DNA of 63,634 bases, filler included, from Octopus bimaculoides (Eukaryota): the NCBI RefSeq assembly GCF_001194135.2. It is 4 parts of 3 records of this genome, joined end to end, with 100 filler letters (N's around TTAATTAATTAA, not from the genome) between each part and the next. Parts side by side here need not be neighbours in the genome. Positions count along the whole stretch, not along the records: positions 22,641 to 51,810 come from NC_068982.1; 3 more parts are not named here. One strand, 5' to 3'. The translations under genes and the position numbers were made by a program. Shown piece after piece: positions 23,346-36,348 of the stretch (its first letter is position 1; the number at the start of each line of letters is the position of its first letter). Below the pieces are notes generated by a model that was not told the DNA's origin, did no database searches, and saw nothing but the letters and a program-made list of their open reading frames with translations.

Positions 23346-23402
<57 letters not shown>

Positions 23403-23699
23403 TAGATAGATTGATAGATACGTACGCATATAATTATGTACGTGTGTATGTGTACAACATATATGGCTACAGACATTGCAATCATGCTGCTACGATAATT
23501 GTTCTTGCCAATTCGTGGATAGGTGCAGGTGATGAGGTTACACTGAAAAGTAGGTGATGTGCTACGATCTTACTTCGCAGTTGCCACAAGTTGACCTGGT
23601 GTTAAAACTATAAAATAAGCCCATTTATATTACTGTTTCTTGTGTTAGGCCTCACAGAGAAATTTACCCGATTTCCTGGGCGTATTCGTGACCGAAATC

Positions 23700-23835
23700 A
23701 ATTATACGCAATGAGTGGACTAAAACAATGTGAAGCGAAGTGTTTTGCTCAAGAATGCAACGTACAGCCCGCTCCGGGAATTGGAACTACGATCACCAGA
23801 TCGTGAGTGCAAAGCCTTAACCATTAGGCCACATG
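23700..23835 (-). mobile_element. tRNA-SINE head (family C)
   Basis: Reverse complement TGTGGCCTAATGGTTAAGGC...GTAGTTCCAATTCCCGGAGCGGGC...CTTGAGCAA. Confidence 0.65.
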
Positions 23836-25079
23836 TCTCTACTAATGACCTGTTAATAGTGGATGTTGCTTTTGGATATGTAGTCGACCATGATCGAAAT
23901 CGTTCTAGCTGTGACTATTCCGTCGATGTTTCATATTATCTATTATTTAACTCGTTTAAGTGTGTCTGAATCGACCAAGGGATTTGAATGTATATAAATT
24001 ATCCAACTTGTCTATTTATGGTGTATTGTGTGGTTTGAGAGGGATTTGGCTGCTATATCTTGCAAAGCGAATACATATGTAGAGGTTATAAGAGAACAAT
24101 TTGGTGGCTATTTGTAGCAAATCAAAGCGACTAAGTTCGCTCGTATCAAACGTATACTGATTGCTAAGTGTTCAACTTAGTAAAACAGAATTGGCTTCTG
24201 TATATTAATGATATTAACATTATCAAAATTTGAAATTTATAGTTAGGATTTGAAAATTACGTTTGTAAAATGAACAACATAAAAGGTTGTGGTACGTTTA
24301 AGCAGACGCTCTAAATTTTCTTGATTACTTACTGGGTCACCATACACTCTACCTCACACAGGAGTTATAATTATTTTGTATATCTCCCTACATAAAACAC
24401 CTGGCTGCCAATAGCTCCCTATCAATAGTATCTACTTCGCTCTGCGTAAGTCAGAATGTTCTTGCCCCCCGACATTATTGAAGCCATTTTTCGGGTCTTG
24501 TTTGCATTCCTCCTATCGAAACTACGCATCTATGGATCCTATCTGTCTCTCACATCTTGGATCTTGATGTTGGTACATATCGCGATAGTGCGATCTGACA
24601 GAGATCGCACTATATCGGGATATGTACTAACGAAGCTCTCCCTGCATAAAACTTTGTTGACTTAAGTGAACGATAAGGCTCTGTTTTGTCCCTCGTTCTC
24701 TTTCTTGCATATATTAGTGACCTTTTTGCCATCACTTGCAAAAATGTCTGCAGTTAAGAAGTTGATACTATCATAATTCTTGGAGTAACACTTGACATAA
24801 GTTCAGGTCTGAACAAATAATTTTGTTCCACTTTATATAACAACATTAAGTTTTTCCGCCTAATTGCATCCCTTCACGGAAACATATTCATACATGCATT
24901 CATTCATACATACATACATACATACATACATACATACATACATACCCTGTTGATGTTGAAATTTCAATGAAGGAGCCTTGGATCTAAGTTAGACAGCTGC
25001 TCTTTCTCTATTGGAAAGAAATCTGGAAATAAAACTGAATAATGACACATACATACATAAAAATATGTAAGTGTATATA

Positions 25080-25957
25080 TTATGGTGAGTCAAAAGTTTT
25101 GCAATATTTTCGTAACTAATTTGCTTTATTCGTCAAGTTACAACAAAAAGAGCCTAGCATTCAATGTAGAGGCCATCGTGTTGAACCGTCTGAACCCGCC
25201 TCTCACCCGGTTTTTTATCCCACGTTGTTATCAGTTCTTTCTCTTCAAGGCGAAGAGCTCCTTCACCTCATCTTGCATCGTGAGCGCAGGAAGTAAGCCA
25301 TGGATCGGAACAAGTAATATCCGAGAGAGATATTTTTCTGCATAAGCAGTGCTTAAGCAAAGGCCAGCTTCCAGAATCTGTCGCCATATATGGGCGTTTA
25401 GAACACAAGTTGATGCTTTATGTCTGTTCCAATTAGGAGGGGATAATTAAGAACGATCTCGTTCCGGAACGTCGAATCATCGATACCAACCTATACTCCA
25501 AAACAGCTGGATCGCATATATACTATTGTGCGGAAAACTACCCGGCTTTCGTTAAGAGGAAGCGAGTTCTCCTGCAGCAAGACAACGGAAGACCTCATAC
25601 CGCCCGAATGACCCGGAATAAACTTCTGGAACTCGAAGAAATCGAACTGATACTACATCTAGCATATAGTCTGGACCTAGCTCTCTCTCGGATTATTGCT
25701 ACTTCCGATACATAGCTCACTCCCTGCCCTCGCGATGCTTTATCAGTCATGAAGAGGTGGAAGATGTGGTGAAGGAATTCTTCGCCTCGAAGGACAAGAA
25801 GTGGTATAGACGTGGGATCAAAATACAGGTAAAAATGTGGTTTCAGACGGTGCAACAAGATGGCCTCTACTTTGGATGCTTTTGCTGCTTTTGCTGTAAC
25901 TTAACGATTAAAGCAAATAAGTTACCAAAATACTGCAAAAAATTTCATTCAATGCAA
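25080..25957. mobile_element. Mariner derivative made of two inverted 3' ends
   Basis: ~65-bp TIRs with TA flanks; transposase 3' end on - (25080-25331) and on + (~25395-25957: LLQQDNGRPHTARMT...VKEFFASKDKKWYRRGI). Confidence 0.8.
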
Positions 25958-26355
25958 TATTCATATATATATATATATATATATATATANNNNNNNNNNN
26001 NNNNNNNNNNNNNNNNNNNNNNNNNNNNNNNNNNNNNNNNNNNNNNNNNNNNNNNNNNNNNNNNNNNNNNNNNNNNNNNNNNNNNNNNNNNNNNNNNNNN
26101 NNNNNNNNNNNNNNNNNNNNNNNNNNNNNNNNNNNNNNNNNNNNNNNNNNNNNNNNNNNNNNNNNNNNNNNNNNNNNNNNNNNNNNNNNNNNNNNNNNNN
26201 NNNNNNNNNNNNNNNNNNNNNNNNNNNNNNNNNNNNNNNNNNNNNNNNNNNNNNNNNNNNNNNNNNNNNNNNNNNNNNNNNNNNNNNNNNNNNNNNNNNN
26301 NNNNNNNNNNNNNNNNNNNNNNNNNNNNNNNNNNNNNNNNNNNNNNNNNNNNNNN

Positions 26356-26415
<60 letters not shown>

Positions 26416-26916
26416 CGTTTGTGTATGTAGTGTATGCGTATATGTATGTTTGTAAATGTAAGTACGTTTATAAAATGTATGCATAATTACTTATGCAAAT
26501 GTGATTCTACGTAGTTAACCTCATACAAAGACATGAAACAGACAACATACTAAACACCGTATATCTTAAAGTAAATATATTCTGAAGAAAAATACATCAA
26601 ATGCCATTATCGCGTCATTATTTACTCATTTTCCTCGGGCTTTACTTATTGTTCATGTTGTTCATGTTGTTGCTGTTGTTTTATCATCTTCGACTATAAT
26701 TTTCCTTGTTGTATTTCATTATTTTTTAAACATTTTCCCGAAAGTTTATGACAAGTTTTCATGTTGTTATTAGTTCTCTACGTTGACTATGATTGTTTTT
26801 TTCGACTTATATAATAATTCTATGCTGACTTTTCGGAAACTTCCAGAAAATAATAAAAATTATTTTAGTAAATACATTAATAAAATACATGCCTAAAATA
26901 AAAATTGATGAAATGT

Positions 26917-26963
<47 letters not shown>

Positions 26964-27282
26964 ATTTGTTTTCTGTTTTAATTAACAACTCTCAACAAGC
27001 TAATATCTTTTTCCTTTCTCTCTGCATATTGCACTCTATCTTTCCGTATTTCTTCGTCTCCTTCCTTTCCCCTTGATTCCTTTCTCTCCTTCACCCTTCA
27101 TTTCTTTCTTTCCAGCCCTTTATATTGTTCTCTCATTACTTCCTTTTGTCTTTCTCTATTATTATTATTATCATCGTCATCATCATCATCATCATCATCA
27201 TCGTCATCATCATCATCATCATCATCATCATCGTCATCATCATCATCATCGTCGTCGTCGTCGTCGTTGCTGCTGTTGTTGT

Positions 27283-28255
27283 TTAAAATGGATTGAATCT
27301 TTTCAGGTGAACAGAACCCACATGTGGTGATAAATGGTGTTCGATCAAGCTTGGCAAAAGTAATCAGTGGAGTCCCACAAGGCCCTATATTAGGCCCATT
27401 ATTTAGCTTTATGGCATTATTGACGTCATCAAACACAGCAGCATTAGAATTTTCTTAAATGACTCGAAGCTTTTGAAGATCGTCGACAGAGCAAAAGACC
27501 CAACAAATCTCCAATTGGATCTGCTCCCTGTTATCCGATGGTCGGAAATCACAATATGCAGCTAAACGAGAATAAATTTGAATTAATACACTTCGGTAAA
27601 GAGGCTTCACGTAAGCTACCATACACTCTTCACTCGAGTGAAGACCGCGTGGCATGAAACTCTGCTAGGGATGTCGGAGTTATTGCCGACAATAATGACT
27701 TAAGCTTGAGTGCTCATATAAATAACGAAGTCGACATGGCCCGCATGGTGTGATTATGGATTCTACAGACTTTTCGGTCTTGAGACGCTCCAATCATTAT
27801 CCTTCTCTCGTCCTCCTTTGCCGTTCCTCACCTTGAAAACTGTTGTTTGCTGTGGTCTCCTCACCTGAAGCACCCAAGAGATCGATCACAAGAAAAATAG
27901 ATGACATGACATGTCTACATTATTGAATCTAGAGACTCAAATTTTATTCCATCCAACGCCACCGTGAGCACTATATCATGTGCATGATGTGGAAAATATT
28001 CCAACAGCATTGCTCAAATGATGTTGGCATCAACTATAAAATTCACCTAAGGCCTGGTCCCCGTCCGTCCTCTTCATAAGTCATGCTGATTTCACATCAC
28101 AACACTGAAACAGAACTATTTCACCCCAACTGACTCTGCTCTCTTTAACATTATGCGAAGATACATAAGAAATGAAAAAGTTCCTGGATAAATATCTCCA
28201 ACAGATACCAGATAAATCAACTACGCTCGAATATATCGTTTCATAGCTAATACTG
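27283..28255 (+). mobile_element. CR1-like LINE RT/3' fragment, degenerate
   Basis: LKWIESF..VVINGVRSS..SGVPQGPILGPL; NMQLNENKFELIHFG; RDVGVI; PHLENCCLLWSPHLK. Confidence 0.8.
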
Positions 28256-30093
28256 ACTTTTGTATCTTAGTATGAAAGAGTGACCTGTGATCTGTGAGCA
28301 ACGAAACAAACTTTGAAGACCTAATCATCTATCGGAAGCCACAGAGCCATAGGGAAATATTTCCCAGTAGAAGGCGCTGAAACAAAGGTGGTCATGAGAT
28401 CAATGATGCAGGATAGAATACCTAGTCATTTTTGTGAAGGTAAAATATATCATTATTTCTGATTAACTTCTACGGTGAAGATAAACAGAAGTAAAGAAAT
28501 CGAAAATAATACAAAGCAACAACAATAGGAACAACAAACTTAGTTTCTAGATGATCACCAGTCAGAACTCTGAGAATAGCAAAATAAACATCGTTAGGAT
28601 CAATATCACAAGTAGATGAGCAAATACCTTGTCCCTCAACGGTACCATATCTGTTTACCACACCTTCATCGTGCAGCAGGGAAGAAATAATTACAAATAA
28701 AAATTTCCAAGCACTGGTGGGAATACGAAGAGGGAAAAGAGAAGACAGTTACAAAAAAAAAAAAAAAAAAAAAGGGACACAAAAATAGAACAATGAAAAT
28801 GGGTGCGTTAAAACAATTTCTGGTAACAAAATCTCTCTCGAAATCTCAACAAAATCTCTCTCAGGAAAATGACGAAGAAAATAAAGAGAACGTAATTGAA
28901 CTGAGATTCACCGTTCTTCGAAAATCAAACAAACCGTTAATTGAGATAATTACGCATCTGTGGTGCCACTGATCTTCCCCAAAAGTTAGGAGGACACAAA
29001 AACAATCAGGTTCAGAATATGAACAACATACAAAAAATACATTACTTGTAAAATGAAAATCAAGACATTAAGGCCTACTTAAATGAAAATTCTCTCAAGG
29101 TGTCTGAAAACAATCCTTAAGGGTGCGTTAGGTTGCACTCAAGAGTAATTTTAGAAATTGAAAATTTAAAAGAGTTGCAGAGTGCTCTTACTGAACTTAA
29201 TGAGAAAATCAGTATAGCTGAATGGTTAAGGAGATTTCTTCGCAATCACAAGGTCCGGGGATCGATTTCTAAAGTCGAGAGTCAACCCATACCTTGTGAG
29301 GGAAATTGTATAAATTGTACCTGTAATTCAAATATGTAGCCTTATCCTATACTCCATAATGCTGATTCTGCCTTACAATAACTTTAATGTCACACGTGTC
29401 TATGCAATGTTCAACCATTTAAACGCTAATTCAGGAGTAGGTAGTTCATTTTATCGAATAAAAGAATCCTCTCTGTCGAAAGACAGACATCTCCCGCCAC
29501 AACACACTACTAAACACCAGCACTTTTATTCAATTTTTTACCAATTTTCTTTATAAATTGTCTACCAATGGTGGAGTAAGACTACAATCATATGCGATGA
29601 ACACTAGAAATTACATGGTTATATTTGTTCCACGTTTTCCATTTTTCTGATTCAGTGTTCACTAATTATATTTCTAGATGGTCTGTTACAGTTTATGTGA
29701 GATCACAATTATCTTTTATTGACACTGAACATTACAAGGTTTGTCTTTTCCGTGCTTTTGTTCATATTTCTTATTCCTTCACACGAAATTCATTCACTTT
29801 AATTTTCACCGACACAGACCGATACCCGGTATTCTTAAACTTCAGTTATATATTTTTGTCCTCTTTGCTAATGTCTGTTACGAATTGTAGCGCTGACCAG
29901 TGTGTAATGAATATATGTTGTCTGTATACTATAACATTTGCTCTTGAAAGAATAGAATATTAGAGTTAAGGCGAAATAGAGAATTATCATGACGAAGTTG
30001 CATAGCTTCGTGTCCAAACGTATATTAAACATACATTAAAATAAAATCGTGCGCATACACATAAATATACAAAACTTGAAGCAGCCATGTACA

Positions 30094-30165
<72 letters not shown>

Positions 30166-30212
30166 ATTCTTTGTTTGTTTCTTTGTTTGTTTCTTTCTCT
30201 ATCTCTCTCCCT

Positions 30213-30271
<59 letters not shown>

Positions 30272-31774
30272 ATATATATATAATTGTTAAAGAGATTTTT
30301 AGATAGGTTCGACAATTTATTTATACATATATTCTGCCATAGATCGATGCATATCAGCTTATACAATCGGCTCCCTGGAGCACTTCATATAGGCAGTACC
30401 AATGGAGAGTTAATTCATAGGTTGTTCAATTAAAACTATTCCGACACCGTCCAGGGATGCATATATGGAAGCCCTTCTGCAAAAAAACTAATGATTTCAT
30501 TACTAGGGTGAGATGTAGAGCGTTCTTTTATGATACTAAATCAAAACCCAAACACCTTGGTAAAATTATAAAAAAAGATACCAAATCTTATATGAACACC
30601 CCTCCAAATCCAGCTATGGCGAAATTTTTAAAAAACTTAAAGCACATGATAAAAGACCTGAAATATTCTAAATATATTAACCCATTCCAAAAAGAACTCT
30701 CTGAAACCATATCTAAAATATGTTCCTCACAATATGTACATGTATTTTTCTGATAAAACTAGGAACCTCTATGCATTACCTATCGAAACGTAATGATTTA
30801 ATACAAAAAGACCTTAACATTAATTACAAACACGCCCACTCAAACGCTTTGAATGATACTAATAAAACGCATAAATTAATAAAGGATTTGGACCTACCCA
30901 ACAGAATTGAGCCATACACTTCGAGAACACCACGTTTTATACTGAAGGACCATAAACCCAACTTTTAAGATAAACCTTCTATTCGGTTGATATGTCCAAC
31001 AAAATCAAATTTAGCAATTCTAGATAGAGTATTACCCCGAACTAAAGAAAACGTAGATCTCCCCCTCTGGAACTCTACCGGTGACGTCATTACATGGTTT
31101 CATCCCCTCAAGGACAAACATCATATCAATTTCAGCCAATTCGATATCTCGGATTATTACGCTTCAGTAGCACTCGAATTACTGGGTGAAGCGTTATAAT
31201 TTACACAAAACTACACAACCATTTCTGCATCTCTTGTAGACATAATCCTGGCTGTTAGAAAGACCATTATAAGCTTTAATGATACAATTTGGACCCGTAA
31301 TACTAACTCTGACCTTTTTGACATAACGATGGGATCCTCGAATTCAGCCCAATTAACAGACCTTGTGGAACTATTCCTTCTCTCGTAAATTAAGCAACAC
31401 TTCCTTAACATCTCCGGGGGCCTCTATAGAGATGACGCGCTTTTGGCAAATAAAAATTATTCCGTCCGGGATTGAACGTACAAAGAAAGATTTACTAAAA
31501 TACTTTTAAAATTATAATTTAAATATAGTGTTTGAAATAAATCATAAGATAGCTGATTTTTTTAAACGTTACAATTAATCTTATAACTAATCTCCACTAT
31601 CCATATAGAAAACCAGATCAAACACTCCAGTACATAAACGTTCTTTCTAATCATCCTAGATCAACCTTCGATGGTATGGTAACGGCTATCTCAATTAGAC
31701 TCTCAAACTTATCGGCGAACGAGGAAATATTTAACATTCACCAAGCCTTAATGTTAAGTGGTTTTACAATACAA

Positions 31775-31933
31775 ATAATTTACACATTAATTACTTTATT
31801 TACATTTGACGGATATTTGTTTTCATCTTGTTTGTTGTTAACACAACGTTTCGGCTGATATTCCATCCAGCCTTTATCAGGTGTCTTGGGGGAAATTTCG
31901 AACCTGAGTTCTCATTCCTAAGGTATTTTTCGA

Positions 31934-32010
<77 letters not shown>

Positions 32011-32085
32011 TCACTGCCTGGAATCGAACTCGGAATCTTGGGGTTAGAAGCCCGCGCTCTTAACCACTACGCCATATGCCCACGA
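31775..32085 (-). mobile_element. tRNA-headed SINE-like element with internal (AAT)n and a hammerhead motif, inserted in the PLE
   Basis: TGGCGTAGTGG (A box), GAGTTCGATTCC (B box), (AAT)n, then ACAC-CTGATAA-A-GGCTG..CAGCC-GAAACGTT-GTGT. Confidence 0.85.
31841..31884 (-). ncRNA. Minimal type I hammerhead motif (G8>A, U17)
   Basis: Helix I ACAC/GTGT, helix II GGCTG/CAGCC, palindromic helix III AC/GT; core reads CTGATAA instead of CTGATGA. Confidence 0.65.
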
Positions 32086-32784
32086 GCATATGGCGTAGTA
32101 GTTAACACTAAAACTGTAAATATCTTGAATGGAACTGGCTCACAATCTAGTAATACGACCTCCAATTTAGGTAAACCAGTTAAAAAACACTGTATGAATG
32201 AAGTCCGAATTGATAACTTGGCATTTAGAAATTCACATAAATATAAACCCTATATCCTCAACTAATCTAATCAGACCAAAAATCGAAATCTAAGAAATGT
32301 GAAATTATATGGTTTGCCCCGACTTTCTCTCTTCAGGTCAAATTGTTTTTTAAGATACTTAAGGAAAATTTTCCTAAAAATCATAACTATTATCCTATTT
32401 TTAATAAATCATTTGTGAAATTGTCGTACTCTACTACTCCGAATTTAGGTTCGATCATAGCTTCCATCAATAGATCTAAACTCAGCCTTAAGAACTTTAC
32501 CCACACAAATCTTTATAATGAACTCCATAATCCTCAAACTGACACTAACTCTAACGAAAACATTACACTATGTCAACCCCTCACAGTCGAGAATAACTTA
32601 ACACCTAATAACCGCAAAATTAATACCGATGCGTGGGGAAAACATGTAATTGTCGATTAAAGGAGTCGTGTCCGTTAGCCGGTTCCTGTTTACGTAATAA
32701 CGTAGTATATAGGTGCTCTGTAGAAATCCCCGCTACGCCGAGGGTAAGAGTTTACATAGGAAGCACTGTAGACTTTAAACATCA

Positions 32785-33485
32785 ATATTGGGGTCGATGT
32801 AATCGACTTACCCCGCCCTCGATATTGCTGGCATTGTGCCAAAATTTGAAACCGTTATTAAAGACAGATTCAAAAGCGACGGGTTGACAGAATCGTTAGC
32901 ACGCCAGACAAAGTGCTAAGCTGTATTTCTCCCGTCTTTACGTTCTGAGTTCAAATTCCCCCGAGATCGAAACCTTTCATCCTTCTTCATACCTATGTAA
33001 TAGGTACCAGTTGAGAACTGAGAACGATGTAACCGATTATACCCCAATCTCCCAAATTTTGGGCTCTATGCCTATAGTAGGGAAAAATTATTAAAGGCAG
33101 ATTTAAGGCGGCGAGCTGGCAGAATCATTTGCACGCCTGACAAAATGTTTAGCGGCTTTTCTTCCGGTTTTACTTCAGAGGTCACATGCTACAGACGGCG
33201 AGTTTGCCTGTCATCTTTATGGGGTCTATAAATTAGTTCCAATTGAGGAGTGGAGTCTGTAATCGACTTGTCAACACTCCCCAAATTTCAGGCCTTGTGC
33301 TTATAGTAGAAAGAATTATAGAAGACAGATATGTTAGAACGCAATGAAAGCGCCTTGTGGCATTTACTCTGGCGTTTTGCGTTCTGTCGAGTTCAATGTA
33401 AATGAAGTTAACTGTACTTTTCGGACTCGACGAAACAAAGTACCAGTTAAATAGCGGACTCCATGCTATCGACAAATCCCTTACG
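32785..33485 (+). mobile_element. Tandem cluster of 3-4 same-orientation SINE family D copies
   Basis: Repeated GGCAGAATCGTTAGCACGCC...GTTCTGAGTTCAAATTCC...GTACCAGTT...GGCCTTGTGC; truncates the PLE endonuclease. Confidence 0.8.
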
Positions 33486-33990
33486 CTTAAAAATTACTGC
33501 CTTTGTGCGTGCGTAAACAAGAAGCAATTATTACGTTTGAGCACCGAGAAAATATCTTGCTGTAAGTGTTCTGATTCTTTGTGTTCTAAGTCCAAATACA
33601 GAGTGTGCTTTGATTTTCATCCGGGATGATGTTACTATTGTTAGGCTCGTAAAATGGTGAATACTCCGATAACTCCACTTCACCCAACATCAATACGGAG
33701 TTTTCATTTGAACTATTATCTTCGAAAACTTTATTTGGCAATTCCATATGTACAGTAATAACAGTAGTTGATATTCCATACTATGCTAATTAATAATTAT
33801 GAAATATCACTTATAGCCGTTAGGACTATAGATAATGGATACAGTCGATTGCGCAGACTACTGAGTCAACGCAATCGCCTGTGTCACTATGGACACAAAT
33901 TTTTAGTCTAAGCTAGAAACGGTTATTAATTTGAGTTAAAGTACTGAGTACATTTTCCTTATGATGATGTAATAAAGAATAAATACGTAT

Positions 33991-34660
33991 GTAGGAGTGG
34001 CTGCGTGGTAAGAAGCTTGCTTCCCAGCCACATGGTACCGGGTTCAGTTCGACTACATGGCACCTTGAGCAAGTGCCTTGTACTTTAGCCTCAGGCCGAC
34101 CAAATCCTTGTGAGTGAGTTTGGTAGACGGAAACTGAATGAAGCACGTCGTATATATATATATATATATATATATNNNNNNNNNNNNNNNNNNNNNNNNN
34201 NNNNNNNNNNNNNNNNNNNNNNNNNNNNNNNNNNNNNNNNNNNNNNNNNNNNNNNNNNNNNNNNNNNNNNNNNNNNNNNNNNNNNNNNNNNNNNNNNNNN
34301 NNNNNNNNNNNNNNNNNNNNNNNNNNNNNNNNNNNNNNNNNNNNNNTATATATATGTATGTATGTGTGTGTGTGTATGTGTGTGTGTTTGTATGTGTGTA
34401 TGTATGCATGCATGTATGGATGTCTGTATGGATGTAAGTATGTATACATGTGTGTATGTCTTCGTGCATGTGATTCCCCCCATCACCGCCTGACAACGGG
34501 TGTTGGTGTGTTTACATCCTTGTAATCTGGCGGTCCGGCAAAAGAAGCCGATAGAGTAAGTACAAGGCTTAAAAAAAGGCATGGAGTCAACTTGTTCGAC
34601 TAAAATCCTTGAAGGCGCTGCTCCAGTATGGCCACAGTCAAATAAGTGAAAAAAAAATAA
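33991..34660 (+). mobile_element. SINE family B (head, microsatellite/gap, tail)
   Basis: GTAGGAGTGGCTGCGTGGTAAG...GGCACCTTGAGCAAGTG...GGTAGACGGAAACTGA; tail 34455-34660. Confidence 0.8.
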
Positions 34661-34761
34661 AGGAAAGAAGAAAAGATTAAAAGATTATGTCTATGTATGT
34701 ATGTATATATGTATATATGTATGTATGTATGTATGTATGGATGGATGGATGGATGTTTGTG

Positions 34762-34802
<41 letters not shown>

Positions 34803-34958
34803 TTACCAATTTATCTGTCTGTCTCTCTGTCTATATCGAAGCGGCTAATAATTGTGTGCGTATGTATTTGTAGATCTACGAGTGTTTGGTGTCCCAAACA
34901 GCTGGATTCATAATACAGGCACACTTACATGTGACTCTCTCTCTCTCTTTACGTGTAT

Positions 34959-34994
<36 letters not shown>

Positions 34995-36215
34995 NNNNNN
35001 NNNNNNNNNNNNNNNNNNNNNNNNNNNNNNNNNNNNNNNNNNNNNNNNNNNNNNNNNNNNNNNNNNNNNNNNNNNNNNNNNNNNNNNNNNNNNNNNNNNN
35101 NNNNNNNNNNNNNNNNNNNNNNNNNNNNNNNNNNNNNNNNNNNNNNNNNNNNNNNNNNNNNNNNNNNNNNNNNNNNNNNNNNNNNNNNNNNNNNNNNNNN
35201 NNNNNNNNNNNNNNNNNNNNNNNNNNNNNNNNNNNNNNNNNNNNNNNNNNNNNNNNNNNNNNNNNNNNNNNNNNNNNNNNNNNNNNNNNNNNNNNNNNNN
35301 NNNNNNNNNNNNNNNNNNNNNNNNNNNNNNNNNNNNNNNNNNNNNNNNNNNNNNNNNNNNNNNNNNNNNNNNNNNNNNNNNNNNNNNNNNNNNNNNNNNN
35401 NNNNNNNNNNNNNNNNNNNNNNNNNNNNNNNNNNNNNNNNNNNNNNNNNNNNNNNNNNNNNNNNNNNNNNNNNNNNNNNNNNNNNNNNNNNNNNNNNNNN
35501 NNNNNNNNNNNNNNNNNNNNNNNNNNNNNNNNNNNNNNNNNNNNNNNNNNNNNNNNNNNNNNNNNNNNNNNNNNNNNNNNNNNNNNNAGTATATGCATAT
35601 ATACGTACAGGTATGTGCATACCGACATCCACCTGTATGTATAGGTGCATATCTGGGTACAGGACATTGCACACAAACGTAGACGAGAACACACGAGCCA
35701 CATAGAGAACATTCTACTTCTTCAGCTACCCACGTTTTAACACCGGCGTTTCGACGAGCTTCATATATATATATATGTATATGTATGTATGTACGTATGT
35801 GCACTTTTCGTCTGCTCAATGAGCCGTAAGGCATCTATATAACCATTTGCAGTAGCCAAAGAAATATTTTCTGCTGTGTTTTGTGATTCAAGCTTGTTGT
35901 GTTTATAGCTGTGTGTACCACTTGATAATTTTTACCAGTTACAACGTCAGCTGGTGGAACACTCAAAATCTCTACAGTGGTCATTTTACAGCCTAAAGAA
36001 ATAATAATAATTAAAATCATTGCGTATGTGTGTGTGTGTAGTGTGTTTGCATGCATATGTATGTCTATACAGATGTATGTGCGTATGTATATAAATATAT
36101 ATATATTTCTGTTTATAGAAAGACATGTACTCACGCGCGCAAACGCATATACAAACACACACATACTCACACACACACACACACGTACACACACATACAT
36201 TCACACACAAACACA

Positions 36216-36265
<50 letters not shown>

Positions 36266-36285
36266 AATATAAACANNNNNNNNNN

Positions 36286-36348
<63 letters not shown>

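Larger units (their letters stand above)
30420..32785 (+). mobile_element. Penelope-like element with RT and C-terminal GIY-YIG endonuclease, degenerate
   Basis: FITRVRCRAFF; LKDHKPNF*DKPSIRLICPTKS; FDISDYYAS; FDITMGSSNSAQ..GLYRDDA; IIWFAP; KLSYSTTPN; CNCRLKESCPLAGSCL..VVY..YIGST..FK. Confidence 0.88.

Noticed and set aside
28470-28661. Minus-strand ORF with possible splice sites
   Set aside because: No recognisable protein and no consistent acceptor/donor pair.
29678-29738. Phase-2 candidate exon (WSVTVYVRSQLSFIDTEHYK) as the next FANCI exon
   Set aside because: Phase fits but the peptide has no resemblance to the expected SLELLPIIL segment; weak donor.
32010-32080. tRNA gene
   Set aside because: A/B boxes are present but it runs into (AAT)n and a repeat body without a convincing acceptor stem; SINE head. 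The same applies to the other SINE heads.
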